64,000 bases of DNA from Octopus bimaculoides (taxonomy: Eukaryota). The notes beneath the pieces were generated by a model. It did no database searches. It was not told where the DNA came from and worked only from the letters and a program-made list of their open reading frames with translations. The stretch is taken from NCBI RefSeq assembly GCF_001194135.2, contig NC_068981.1, positions 158,657,560 to 158,721,559 of the forward strand, read 5' to 3'. The position numbers were made by a program, and so were the translations under genes. Below, piece by piece: positions 15,807 through 29,090 of the stretch (position 1 is its first letter; every line of letters begins with the position of its first letter).

Positions 15807-18800
15807 TGGTAACAATATATCTAAGAAATATGTGACAGTAATATATAATTACCTACCAAGTAATTTCTTAAATAAAATCTCTAAAATCTCTGATACTGAG
15901 AAGACAGTTACTTTGCCTTTAAAATCCACCTCAAAAGCAACATCTTCCTTCCGGTTGACAACCTTAAAATATAAAAGTTACATGAAGTTGAAATAAGATT
16001 TAACAAATATTGGTTTCAAGTTTTGGCACAAGTCCAGCAACTTCAAGGGAGTGGGTAAGTCGATTACATCAACCGCAGTGCTCAACTGGTACTTATTTTA
16101 TCAACCCCTAAAGGATGAAAAGCAAAGTTGGCTGCAGCAGAATTTGAAGTTAGAAACATAAAGACAGACGAAATGCTGCTAAGCATTTTGCCCAGTGTGT
16201 TAGTGATTCTGCCAGCTTGCCACCTTAGATTTAGCGAATGTTGAAAGATAAGCATTAAACCCTTCACCATTTAAGCCAGCAAGATCAGGCCCAATTATTC
16301 TACTTGTTTTATGTTCATAGTACCAACCTACCATACAATATCATTCTAAAGATAAACAATTACATCATTGAAATCTTGAAGTAATCTTGAACTCAAAGCA
16401 ATCTGAATGCTAAAAAGTTAAGGTGTAGCAGTCATCTGATATATAATTTCAATATAAGATTAAATGGATACAGAAAATACCCAACATCACTAAAATAAAT
16501 CCATAAAGAAAATAAGATTTTTTTCTCTATTCTAGGACATTAAAAGTGACCTAAGATGCCAGTGGTTCATTTTATGTTACTCACCCTGCATTTCGTATGA
16601 GGCCAGACCACTCAAAATCTGAGTCACCCAGTTCAGGAATTGAAACCACGATCTTACTATCATGAGTCCAACATCCTAACCACTAAGCCATGCACCTCCA
16701 CCTAGTTCTTTTATGACTCTGTAATTTCAAGGTCCTGTAAAGTCTTTAAAGAAAGTCAAGCATGAAAAAAAAAGTACAAAATTTACCTGAACCTGTTTTT
16801 TATTCATGAACTGTTTTGTAGTTTCATGTTGGAAAGGTTTGCCTAATAACTGTTTGACGTGGTATATTGTGTTCTTTGTGTTCCGTACATAGCCCTGCTT
16901 TGCAGCGAAACCAACAGCCTGAAACAAGGAAAGAAATATTCAAATGTGAAAGAATGTTCTTAATGATGTATTTTGTCACAGACTTTATCACATCTCTCTC
17001 ATGACAAAGATGGACTGGGGAGTAATTGTTGCTGTTTGATATATAATCAAGTAATATCACAATATTTCATGGCTCAATGATTAACTGATGCTACTACATT
17101 CTGTGAATTGATGATTACCATATTTAATGGCCTATAAGATGCACGAGTGCATAGGACACACCCTAGCCTAGGCTATACTTTTGTAAAATAAATTACCACT
17201 AAAATAATGTTTTAATTCCTCCACTTACCTGTATAACTTTATGTTATTATTGGTAATTATAAGCAATTTATTGCATCCACATTCGATATAAACATACCGT
17301 AGGCAATTATTCACCAATAGATGGCAACATGTTTTTTAAACATACATACCGTTTTGAGCCTACATTGAGTGCATTGGACATGGGGATTTTTTAAGCCATT
17401 TTTGGGTAAAATAGGTGCGTCTTATAGGCCATCAAATACGGTAATTGAAATACAAAATAGATATTGTATGTAAATAATTAAAGAACCATCAAGACAATTT
17501 ATATTATGACATAAGCATCACCAGCAATTTAATAATTTTCTTGATGCCACAGATCAGTCTTAAAGTAAGCTCAAAAATTTAAAAATAAAGTTTTAATATC
17601 TCATTTCAACTAGAACATATGAACAAATGAACAATGACCAAAAGACAGTAAGAAATTAGCAGTATACCATGGAACAAATAATTCATCATATCATGATCTG
17701 TAATTCTATGAATTTTATCATATTTGTGAGCATGGAATAAAAAGTTGTTTTACCATATCATGTTCTGTGAAAGCCACAAAACAAGGAGTGGTACGATCAC
17801 CAAGATCATTTGCAACAACATCAACTCGTCCATCCTGAAAAAGTAAAATTTTAGAATGTTACAAAATTTCAAATGCTAATTTAATTGTTTTTGCTTTTCA
17901 ACAATAACAACAAATTTAAACAAAAATATATTTAAATATTCCAAATCATGCTATTCACTTTCATTTGTATTTTATAAATGGCCTTCAGAAGATTGAGTAT
18001 CCTCACTTTGGTTTAAGTACTTTTGCCAGCCAGTATTAGTTACATCCAACTTCCCAAACTGAAATGAACAGAATATTTTCTCATTCATTTCTTTATCTTT
18101 CCCCACCTAGAAAACACAGATTCTATAAGAGAAACTTATTATTAAAACCCTAAAAGTGAAGCAAAAAATGCTAGTTTCAAACTTATATTAACATAAATAA
18201 ACCCTATCAGAGCTTCATTAACATCAGACGAAAGGACAAACAGCAGTGATACAGCAAGAGAAGGTAGTCATCCTTTGGTTACAGATGTGAAGTAGACAAA
18301 ATTTCCTGTCTTACTGCACCTATTAATCTAGATGGAGATGGTAAAAGTTTTTGCTCTTTGGGTTCTCTTAAGAATCCTTTATACATCACTGACAGTCAGT
18401 AGATGTTGACAGAATAGATAGACACAGCTAATCGGTATCATCGGATAGATGTGACACAACAAATGTAAACTAGACCTTGTTGTCAGAAGTTTAACTTTTT
18501 AGCATTTCAAACTGGCCATATATGGACCAAATATTTTGCCTGTTTTATATTCAAACTGACCAGATACAACCTCTCACATCTACCCTACAATGTCATTCTA
18601 AATTAGAGATTAATGTTGCTAAATTAAATACAGAAACTACGTTAGAGATGTATGAGAGTGTGTAATGGAAAGAAAGCCTAACACCTAAAACAAGTAGACA
18701 CCCTTCAATACAGGGCTTGTTATAAAGGATGTTGTTGTGAGACATACAAAGAAATTCATGTTGTTGAAACACAAAACTTCTGCAAAACAAAAACAAATGC

Positions 18801-21800
18801 TTGATGTGGTTAAATCTAATGTTGATTTCTACCCAATTCCTGGTAGAAAAGGTGTCATCAAAGATTAACTATTGCTACAGTGATCACCTTTTGTCAGTAT
18901 GAAGGCAGGGTTTCCTAACAGTGAGATTGATGAAAAATTATCAACAGAAAGATTTTTGTATGTCATTCAGGATAGAAAAGCTTTTCATGGAAAAAAGTAG
19001 TGTTAACAGATATCTGCAAGAAATGTAAGTTTGCTGTCATAATTATTTATGAAAGTATACACATTTCAGTTGTGAAAATTTCAATTACAGTTGAGAGATA
19101 CAAGATTGGGTTGTAATGTAAATAAAAATTGCATCACTTTCTGACTCCCCCACATACATTAATTTGAATAAGAATGAGGTCCTAAATGTACAGTTACATA
19201 CTTTAGTTGTTGAAAATGAAATGGTTCTTGGTTTTCACAGTGTCAAATCTACATTTTGAAAACGAAACTTCTTTAGACATTATTACTGGATTTGCAAGAG
19301 ATAAATGTTCTTCATGATAGGCATCACAAGTGGGCTCTAGACATTACTGAAAGGTGATATGCCTCCTGTTTTGTTAAGAGTGCATCTGTCATTCTCTTAC
19401 TCTTTGTACTGGCCATGTTATCAACATATTGCTGTTGTGTTTCAAGGTCTTCTTAAAAGATTTAACCCCTTACTTTCTTCACAGCAGAGAAAAACAATTT
19501 ATTCAGAAAGAGATTGAAACAACTTGTCATAAAATGCCTAAACTTGCACAAAAAAAAGGTGGCTTTCTTGAGAAAGTTATTATAGTGATATTAGAGTATT
19601 TGTAAATACAAAGTGAACTGGAAGCAGACAAAAGTTGATGGTACCAGGAAAATTTATAACTACAGAGCCAAGCACATGCTACTATTCCTTTTACATAAGA
19701 GTTTCCTGGATGTTGAATTCCAGTCTGAGTATTTCAGGTTGCATTTTCTATATTTAATATTATTTGAATCCAAAAATCTCTTGAGTTACTTAAGCAGATC
19801 TTTATATTCAAATAAGAGAAAGGTTTCCTTTCAATGATGGAATTATTGCTAATCTAAAGGTATTTTACCCAAATGTAGCTCACAATTTCAACAGATCTCC
19901 TACATTTACTATTCCAGTAGCCGTTCATTCATTCCCCCTCCACTTTAACAAAACAGACTAAATTTAAATATGTTGATGATCAGTAGATGAGTAATTATTT
20001 AATAACAAACAATTATTTTTAGTCAAATTAAACAAATAATCAATTAGTTAGTTGGATATTTAACCAACTGACTAATTATAAAGAAGTGAAATTGAGCCAG
20101 TGCGTGTGTTAATAACATTGGCATAATGACTCTCCCTAGACACACAAAAATTTGTTTCAACACACGAATTCACATAAAGAATCTTGTACACCAGAAACGA
20201 AAACGAAATTAACTGATCACTATGGATAATATTCCAGAATATTATTACAAGTTAAAAACGTCATTCCACAATGTAAATTATGGATACTGTGGTAAGCTGC
20301 ATGCTTAAAGTAAAACCATTTGACTTGTAATCGAATTTCATGAGTAATTTAATTATCTTGCCACATTTGTTAGCATGCTTTGAAATAATACGCTCACAAA
20401 TGAAGTGTGTCAAAACAAAAAAGTACTAATTCTTTAAAAGCAGAGCATGTAAAATATAATTACTTGCTAGTAATGATATAGAATGCAACATGTGGCAGAC
20501 CAGAAAAGAATTAATGAAGAACTTGGAAGAAGAAACTGAAAATAAAAGATAGTTGGAAAGAATTTTGAAAGGAAAAAGAACAGAACAAACTGTTTACTAA
20601 GGGTAAATTGAAGAAGGATGGGGAGTAAATACAGTTATGCTAGATGTCTTCTTGTTGGCACTCCGTCGCTTACGACGTCGAGGGTTCCAGTTGATCCGAT
20701 CAACAGAACAGCCTGCTCGTGAAATTAACGTGCAAGTGGCTGAGCACTCCACAGACACGTGTACCCTTGACGTAGTTCTCGGGGATATTCAGCGTGACAC
20801 AGTGTGACAAGGCTGACCCTTTGAATTACAGGCACAACAGAAACAGGAAGTAAGAGTGAGAGAAAGTTGTGGTGAAAGAGTACAGCAGGGTTCGCCACCA
20901 TCCCCTGCCAGAGCCTCGTGGAGCTTTAGGTGTTTTCGCTCAATAAACACTCACAACGCCCGGTCTGGGAATCGAAACCTCGATTATATGACCGCGAGTC
21001 CGCTGCCCTAACCACTGGGCCATTGCGCCTCCACCAGATGTCTTCTAATGATGCGGGGTGGGTCTTTCGACTCAGGGTTTTTCTGCACGCCTGATCTGGA
21101 GTTTCCTTAAAATTTCATTGGTAACCCTGCTGCAAAGAAACATGTTGCAGAGCCCTCAATGTAGATCCAGGACTTGATTTAATAGACGGGATTAAAGAGT
21201 AATGTCCACTAAATAAATGAAGAAATTTAAAACCAAAACTAATATCCCTTGGTAAAAATTTGGGGCTATATTTTATCGGCCTCGGAATAATGAATAGTAA
21301 TGATTCCTACCATTTCCACAACCCGTCCCACCCAAATAAATATTTCAACTAACTATCACTAGGCTTTGCAAAATAATATTCGGTAATGTAACATGATAAA
21401 AATTCTGTATAATTCCAAATTTTGCAATAGGTGATACTCAAGCGTATAAGGAGGCGGGGAGCTAAGACCATATCGAAAGACTTTTATATTTGATAACGTA
21501 AATCACCGTCAATTTTTTTTAACGTATTTACTCAAACGTACAGTAAGTGCGTTCACGTGACCTGTTTGTTTAATGATGTTATATGTAAACAAACGCACGT
21601 TGTGAATTCAGTGGTACGCTTTCAGACATACTTAAAGAGGCGTTTTTACTTTTGTTTTCCCTTTATGTTAGTGAAGGGCCTTATAGCAACTATAAATGTA
21701 TATGACAAAGGCATAAGTGGATGAATAAATACCTGTCAGAGACTAACAGCCATACCTCCCTCAAATTACCTACCTACTTTAAACGGGGAGATATACTGAA

Positions 21801-24800
21801 TATATATCACCCACATCATCATTTAGCATCCACATTTCCATGCTTGCAAGTTTCAGGCGGAATTTGTTGAGGTAGATTTTCTACATCTAGATACCTTTCA
21901 TGTCATCAACCTTCACCACTTTCCAAGTAAGGTTAAATTTCCCCATAGTCAGACATTCTTTTTCATGGAAGACTGAACAACATGGCTTGTATGATGATGA
22001 TGCCCATTTACAACCACCATGTAGTATCTAAACAAGGGTCCATACAAACACATACATGTACATGACAGCTTCTTTCAGTTCCCGTCTATCAAATCTACTG
22101 AGAGGGCTTTGATCGGCCCCGGGGCTATAGTAGAAGACACCTGCCCAAGATGCCGCACAATGAGACTGAATATATAAATACATTTTTAAAAAATTATAGC
22201 GGACTGCAGTAACTATTTGTTAGAAGTGATAGAATGGGATCTGTACCAGGATTTGGTGAAGACAGTGCACCCAAAATTGTAGCTGAGGGTACCGATGATA
22301 TCACATAACACTGGGCGTTGATGCAAATGAATGTCGTGACAACTTTTGCACGACAGAATTCACGAAATTAGAAACTACTGTATTATAGTGTGGATAGCTG
22401 GATATTCTAACAACTACGTGGACATAAACTTCGATATGTACTCGTACGACACCTTGCAGTCCACAGGAAATTCCGAGTGTGCAAAGACAAAGCATTAAGA
22501 ATACGAGTATAGGGAGGAAATAATTTGCTAGCGAAACATTAACCCCGCCACATACACACACCCCTGTCTCCTAAAAATAAATTAAGTTTTATGAGGCAGA
22601 AAAAAACCTTAGAGAAACATGATAGTTTTCATTATCATGTATGAAACATTTAGGTTATATGCATATTGTAATAAAGTAAATAATAACAAGTGTTTATCGG
22701 GAGAGACAGCACTCACTAGAGGAGCTTGTAAGAATGAAAGGGGCAGGCCAACAAACTGACATGTTTAATACAAATTCCAATGGTTTTCAACTTTTTAAAC
22801 TTGTTCAATACTATGAGGAAGAAATAAGAAGTAGGAGGATGCAAAATATTTTGTCTCCTCGTTAATACAAAAGAAGGATGTTAGTTTAGCCCTAATTTTG
22901 GTGGTGGTGGTGGTGGAGGACCTAGTATTTGTCAATTTGAATACCATTACACTATAACACAATCTAGTATATGCACAGATACACAGAGGACGTTACTAAA
23001 TCAACAAATACTGATGCCAGATCCACCAGGAAAAGAAACGCCTCCTACTCAACCTATTAGTCCCAACAAGTGACAATGTATCTTTCAAAGAAACAGGAGA
23101 AATTATCCAGATATAAAGATTAAAAAAATATAGATAACCTGAATGTGAAGTCTAAAAATAGAAATTATCCCTACAAGTGTCTAGAGAATGATGTAAAAAA
23201 GCATGCAAAGATATAGCCAAAATCCTAAGACTTAAATATGCACAACATACAGAAACTAGCACTACAAGACACTGCACATACCTAAGTGAAATCATGCAAT
23301 AAAAATAAGACACCAGAAAAATAATAATTGCTTCTAGCATAGGCACAAGGCTTGAAATTTGGGAGAAGGATTAGTTAGTACCATTAACCCCACTACTAGA
23401 TAGGTACTTAATTTTATCAAGCCTGAAATGATGAAAGGCAATGCTGACTTTAGCAAGATGTAACCTCAAAACATAAAGAGCTAGAACAGACACTGCAAAT
23501 CATTTTAACTAAAGCTTTAATGATTCTGCCAACTCACTGCAATAGGAATAATAGTAATGCTTTGTAATTTTGGTACAAGGCTAGTAATTTTGAGGGGGAA
23601 AAGTTACATCATCCTCTAGCACTTGATTGGTACTTCATTTTATTGAACCCAAAAGGAGGTAAAGATGACCTTGGAGGATTTGAACTCAGAATGTGAAGAG
23701 CTGGGAAAAATGCCACAAAATATTTTGTCTGATGCACTAATAATTCAGCCAGCTCACCACCTTAATAATAAGCTATCTACTAAAGGTACAAGGCATGAAA
23801 TTTGGGAAGAGGGGGCTAGTTGATTAATACATAATGAATTGGAAGAAATGCCACTTAGTATTTTGTTTGGTGTGCTAACAATTCTACCAGCTCAACGCCT
23901 TGAAAATAATAATTCTTTCTGATTTTGGCACAAGACCAGCAATTTTGAGACAAGGGGTTAATTGATTACATTGACCCCAATACTTGATTGGTAGTTTGTT
24001 TTATCAACCCCTTGGGGATGGAAGGCAAAGTTGATTTAGATGGGACTTGAACACTAATAATGATAAAGAAAAAATGTGAACTATAATTAGTATGCTGTAT
24101 TTACTTGTTATGTGGAAAAAAAAACTGGAAATTTGGACACTAGGTCAATTTTGCAACCCTACTGCCCATACACTTTCAATAGAAGCTTTAATGAGAACTT
24201 TATGTCAGCATCAAAATATTGCTGATGAAGACTGGATTACAATTCAGGAACTTAAGGGATCCAAAAACACAATGACTAATCATAGATATAACCAGTTATG
24301 AACATAATGTGAAAATTGTGATACTATGTGGGACATAAAACACTCAAAAGATATAAAGTTTGCTGCAGGTGTCCATGAAGAAATGATAGAATTGTGCTTA
24401 AAAGTAGAAAAGGTTGTTGCTTATTTTTAACAGGGTGGTTTAAGGTCTCATCTCAAACTATGACAAATTCTTAGTCTGAACAACTTATCTGCATTGTAAT
24501 ATGCTGGATTATTTCAGGGATTATCCCAGGACATAATCAAGCATGATCTCAAAATTAATAGCAATTTAGGGTGGTCGTCAACTGGAATCAATTATGTCAA
24601 GATCTAGCTGTGGTATACTTTCCAACAAAGCAAAACCTTTAGCAAATAGGACAGACCGGGGGTTACTGTGGAAATTAACATATATTTGTTTGTACATTGC
24701 ACATATCATATTAGGAGAATTACAAGAGCCCAGTATAACTTCAGAACCTTGAAAGAAAAGACTTCATTATCCCCAATGATTACAAAAGTGATGAAGCACT

Positions 24801-27800
24801 GATACCAGGACTGTTCCAGGTCCCATCATTGGGTAGATTATGTGGACAATTTTAGCAATCATCATGGTATCATTAACCACTCAATATATGTAAATCCAGT
24901 CTTGAGTCACAATAATCCAAATGTTAGTACATTTAATGTAATCTTCAGGCAGACTCAGCATTGGGTCTTTGAATGAGGGTACAGTTTAACAGATGGATTT
25001 TCAGTTTCCATCAAGCCAATTTTACTCACAGGCTTTGGTCTACACCTAAGGTTATGTAGGAGGTGTTGACTAGTGAGACTGAAAAGGTTAAACTATTCAA
25101 CCATGAGTCCACAAGAGCGATTGAAGGAGCCTTTATTTGGTCACTCAACCTACTAAAAATAGTAACTAAATCTCCTTCAGATCACACCCTACTGACTTGA
25201 AAAAAAGGGAAGGACACATTTTATAACTTATTCCTAGATACCCCTAAAGAGAAAATGTGGCTAGGTAAAAGGCCTTTGACCAGAGGTATGAACCAGAGCT
25301 AAACCACAACTTGTACTTTCCAAACTAGCTATGTCTCATAAATTCTCACTACATATAATGTATAGTTGCAGTTACTGTCGTGAAGACAATGAAATTGTAG
25401 TTTTAACTGCCACTTATAACAAAAAATAATTTTTTTATTATTAAGGAGTTAAACTAATTATGTAGATAAAATTTTGACAATTATTTTCTTCGTATAGTAT
25501 TCCTTTTGTTAATTTTTTTTCTTTTCCAACCATGAATAATTTGCAGTTTCTTTTATAACACCTAGCAGTAATAATGATCCCCAACATAAATTACTTCTTC
25601 GTTTCCATGATCCCATGTTGTCAGAAACAGGTGTTTTCCAAGTCAAAAATGAAAGTACTTTTATTGATAAAATTAATGAGAACCAATATCTTTTATTTCC
25701 TGTTTTTCGCACTATTCTACGACACTTCAAACGCTATTTCTTTCGTAATCGCCTCATCGTTCTAAAACCATTCTAAAACAAAAAATTCAGGTTCTTTCAA
25801 AGTTCATAAATATTTATGACATCAACTAAATTTAAATGTTGAACTGAATCTAATGGTTTTTGTGTGTTTCTTAAACGGCTTATAAACACCTTCCACGCTG
25901 CAATTGTTTTCGTTCCAGCACACAATCTCAGATCAGGTCACGTGCTATGCAAGTACATCTCCGTAATATATATATATAGATCAGGGTCGCCAACTATTAC
26001 AACCATTAGGCTATGGATCATATGGTATCAGGCAACACAATACGAATAGCTATTGTTTTATTGTAAAACAACATTGCTGACTTACACAAGAGAGTTTTTC
26101 TTGGAAGATGTCTATTCGTAATGACAATTTCTTGCGAGAAACTCTTTTGGTACAGCTCCACAGTATCCACCTGCACGATGCAGGTCTTCAATGAGCTCAC
26201 CACACCCATAAAGAAGTCGAATACAATGAAGGTCATAAATTATCAGAGAAGTAATTATGACTCTGGTATTTTATGTTCGTTGTTCTAACTTTTTTCTATT
26301 AATAATCAATACGCTAACATGATTTATATTATGCTTTGTAATGTAATCAAAATATTTGCTGGATCCAACTTCAATAACTGTTTTAAAGTTTGGCATAGTG
26401 CCTGCAATTTTTTGGGGGGGGAATGGGTAAGTTGATTATATCAACGGCAGTACTTGACTGGTACTTTATTTTACCTACTCGGAAAAGGGTGAAAGGTGGA
26501 TGCTTTAAAATTTCAAGACGGCATTCCACTGTTCATTTTTGTTCCTTATTTGATTCTGCAAGAAAACATTTTCACTTTACGGCCTGGAAAATACATTTGA
26601 CAAGCTATTTTTTTTTTTACTTTCATGGACCCTGGAAACAAAGAAGCACCAGCACAATTTCACAAATTTTGAACAAGGGGATAATCAAATCGATCTCAAT
26701 ACTTAATTGATACTTATTTTATCAATCTCGACAGTGATTTGAACTAAGAACGTAAAGGGAAACAACTAAGTATTGAAAACTGTCCTATCGATTCTTTCAT
26801 CCATCACTAATAATTTCTTTAAATTTTGATAAATTTTTACAAATACACCTGCCGCCTCGCAATGAGAGGGTGGTTTACCAAGAGAACGAGTGATTTTCAA
26901 TGAGTTTGAGATTCAGATTCGTTCAAAATATATTTTTAAAAAACGTAGGACAAACATAAATATCACCTTCAAAATGAGATAAGTGTAACAGAAAAAAAAT
27001 TTACCTTACTTTTATCTCCAACAAAATTTGATGGAGTGTGATCGATCAAATCAACCACTCTACTGCATTAATAATGAAGGGTGTATGTGTGGAAGCGGGT
27101 ATGTGTGAGGCGCGCCTATTTCGCTTTTAGACTCGGACCTACTTTATAAGAATGGGATATAGAAACTTTGCGACGCTCGTATCTTCAAATTACACAAAAT
27201 AAAATACCGTCAGGACTCAATACAATTAGTGATATCAATTGTAAACAAGAAAATATTCGGTTATGTAGAGGAATGTACGGAATAAAGAACGGTACGGGAA
27301 GACTAATGAGAACGTGCAATATTCATACCATTTCTAAGGGTATTACGCAACAAATAGAAATGGAATCTTCACAGCTAACTACGAATTTATTATAAGGACT
27401 CAAATCTATTAACAAAGGGAATTAGATATTCATAATTTCCTAAAGAGTATTAGCAACTTGAAGTAAAATAACTTTTTCAGGTCACTTAGTTCTACATGTC
27501 AGAGAAAGCACGTGGTCTGTCCCAGATGATATAACGCATCACAATATATTGAAAACAAAGAGATATATCAAGAGCTAACGGTTTCACTTCTGTATTTTAT
27601 GAAGTGGAGTTTTATTTACATGATATATAATAAATGTGACAGACATTACAAATAATTTTCATTTATATATTTTTGCCATCTAAATGACTGGTTACGCGCA
27701 TCCTTTTTTGTGATATACATTTTGCACAAAAATTATTTTTGTGATCAGCGATACTTGTGAAACTGAGTAGGAAGAGTAATTTTAGCTGTTTAATAAATTA

Positions 27801-28293
27801 TTACACACTTATTTCTCTTTTGAATATTTTTCATCTCTTGTTTGTCGTAAACTCAACAAGACATAGATATCGGGCTAACAAAGGCACACATACATTGATA
27901 GATATTGATAAAATAAAGACACTCATATACATAAATATGAGATTTAACACGAGTTACGTGACAAGTGACACTCGCTAAACTCTGAATAGTAACAGTTCCT
28001 TCAACATTAGTAGTGTGTGCACACGGGGCTGTGTATGTATGTGTAATTGTTAAAGGGCCTATGAGACCTTCCGACTACTAGGATGTCCTCAAACTCTGCA
28101 GCACTCATCACCAAGAAGGAAGTAAATGAAACTGATTTAAAAAAACTTAAGACATAAGAAATCGGGAAACGATAGATTTTAAAATTGTTTAAAACGTCAC
28201 CTTTGTAAAAGCAACACAAGCAGCCGATGAACCGAGATGTAGGCCGAATCCTGCAGAGCCCACCGTTCCAGCCTGCACAGCCGGTGAAGCCAT
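8011..28293 (-). CDS. HSPA14: Heat shock 70 kDa protein 14 (Hsp70L1, ribosome-associated complex subunit), complete, 14 exons, about 527 aa
   Basis: Exons (minus): 28201-28293, 17754-17834, 16787-16918, 15857-15962, 15000-15090, 14577-14681, 14245-14406, 13267-13422, 11355-11457, 10900-11028, 10202-10294, 9574-9771, 8581-8639, 8011-8086. All are GT-AG and in phase, 1584 nt in total. HSPA14-type rather than canonical Hsp70 motifs: GLHLGSSAAC (not GIDLGTT), VFRLGG (not IFDLGG), DGRVDVVANDLGDRTTP, IIHEPAAAALAY, VILCGGGSKVP, IPPDEVIAIGAA. The C-terminus is short, with no lid or EEVD. The start lies in a cagccATGG context. Confidence 0.95.
13885..14230 (+). mobile_element. tRNA-derived SINE (family B) in HSPA14 intron 7
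   Basis: Box A-like GGAGTGGCTGTGTGG and box B-like GGTTCAGTCC, an internal (TA/TG)n tract, and the tail ..aaatgactgaaacaagtaaaagag. An older copy lies at about 41350-41760. Confidence 0.8.
16020..16225 (-). mobile_element. tRNA-derived SINE (family A)
   Basis: ttttggcacaag..actggtacttattttatcaacccc..ggatgaaa..gaatttgaa..ctgccagcttgcc is the reverse complement of the family A head and body. Confidence 0.75.
17116..17443. mobile_element. Tigger/pogo-like MITE
   Basis: TIRs of about 27 bp: ta|CCATATTTAATGGCCTATAAGATGCAC and GTGCGTCTTATAGGCCATCAAATACGG|ta, with a TA TSD. Confidence 0.8.
20653..21035 (-). mobile_element. Full-length young tRNA-derived SINE (family C) with 11-bp TSD
   Basis: Minus-strand head GGAGGCGCAATGGCCCAGTGGTTAGGGCAGCGG..GGTTTCGATTCCC. 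AGATGTCTTCT flanks both sides (20642-20652 and 21036-21046). A degraded head copy lies at about 16630-16700. Confidence 0.88.
23010..23310 (+). mobile_element. R4/Dong-like non-LTR element, degraded RLE endonuclease fragment
   Basis: The translation HQEKKRLLLNLLVPTSDNVSFKE... resembles the RLE-clade DHKEKKCLLIDVSIP.D.NV..KE motif. The frame is disrupted. Confidence 0.6.
23340..24050 (-). repeat. Head-to-tail cluster of four degraded family A SINE copies
   Basis: Units begin ggcacaagg/ggtacaagg/gcacaagacc at about 23342, 23573, 23783 and 23927, each followed by tacttatttt..gatgaaaggc..gatttgaactc. Confidence 0.7.
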
Positions 28294-29090
28294 GGCTGAT
28301 ACGATAGAAAGCTTCTCAGTGATAAGTGTTTCCTTACTTTCTTCTCTGGATTCTTTGCTTTACTTAAGAAGATTATGATGATGATGATGACGAAGGGAGA
28401 TAATCGGTGCCATCTTTTTTTTTTCTAAAGTGGAACTCTCTAATTAGACGCCACTTCGTTGGCTTGAAGAAGTTTAGACGAGAATCTCGCCGAATAAAAC
28501 CGGCATCAAGAGATGACCAATGATTGAACGCCAAGTCTACTGACGTCATAGAGTCAACACGCTGACGGGGCACATTGGCAGAAGCCCACATATACAGAAA
28601 AGTGACAGCGTTGAAATAATAAGCTTGACAATTGAGTCCGCATAGCAGAAACACATACAATCGGCTACGCGTGTGATTTTTAAGATAGTAAGCAATATAC
28701 ATCGTGAGTGTAACCAATTGGAGACTAAACCCAGAATATCTCTGTAAATAGACAAAAACACATATAAATACATAACACTCGAGAAGTACAAAAAAATTTA
28801 TTGCAAACGTTATAACACAAATATCTCATTCGTTTAAAATATATTCCATTCCGTAATTGAAAATATCCAAGAAAAGAAAACTCTACAACAAAGCGATTGC
28901 TCGACGGAGTTTGTAATCATCCCTAGCATATTTCCGATCTCCGCCCCTTACGGAAAGAAAGAAAATCTTAAGATCTGGTTACATTGTCAAGTGACCGAGT
29001 AAATATCGTATACAACAGGACTTGAAATAAGTTGTCAACGTCTCTTCTTTCTCATCCCTCTCAGTTTCATCTATCCGTTTGGTTTTTAAA
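28294..29090. promoter_or_regulatory. Bidirectional promoter region shared by HSPA14 and MANF
   Basis: The divergent start codons are 797 bp apart and the region is CpG-richer than its surroundings. Perfect CRE TGACGTCA at 28541-28548; CCAAT-N9-CCAAG at 28517-28535; reverse CCAAT-N9-TCACG at 28703-28721; a further ATTGG at 28574-28578. Confidence 0.65.

Noticed and set aside
19200-19452. Minus-strand protein-like frames (EDLETQQQYVDNMAS..; EPTCDAYHEEH..) in HSPA14 intron 1
   Set aside because: They are short, need a frameshift to join, have a weak acceptor and match no known family.
20960-21035. tRNA-like sequence on the minus strand
   Set aside because: It is the head of a SINE: it continues into a 300-bp body, is flanked by a TSD, and lacks a clean acceptor stem.
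25547-25776. 76-codon plus-strand open frame after a pyrimidine-rich acceptor within HSPA14 intron 1
   Set aside because: Two other frames are also open here, no homology is recognisable, and no partner exons were found.
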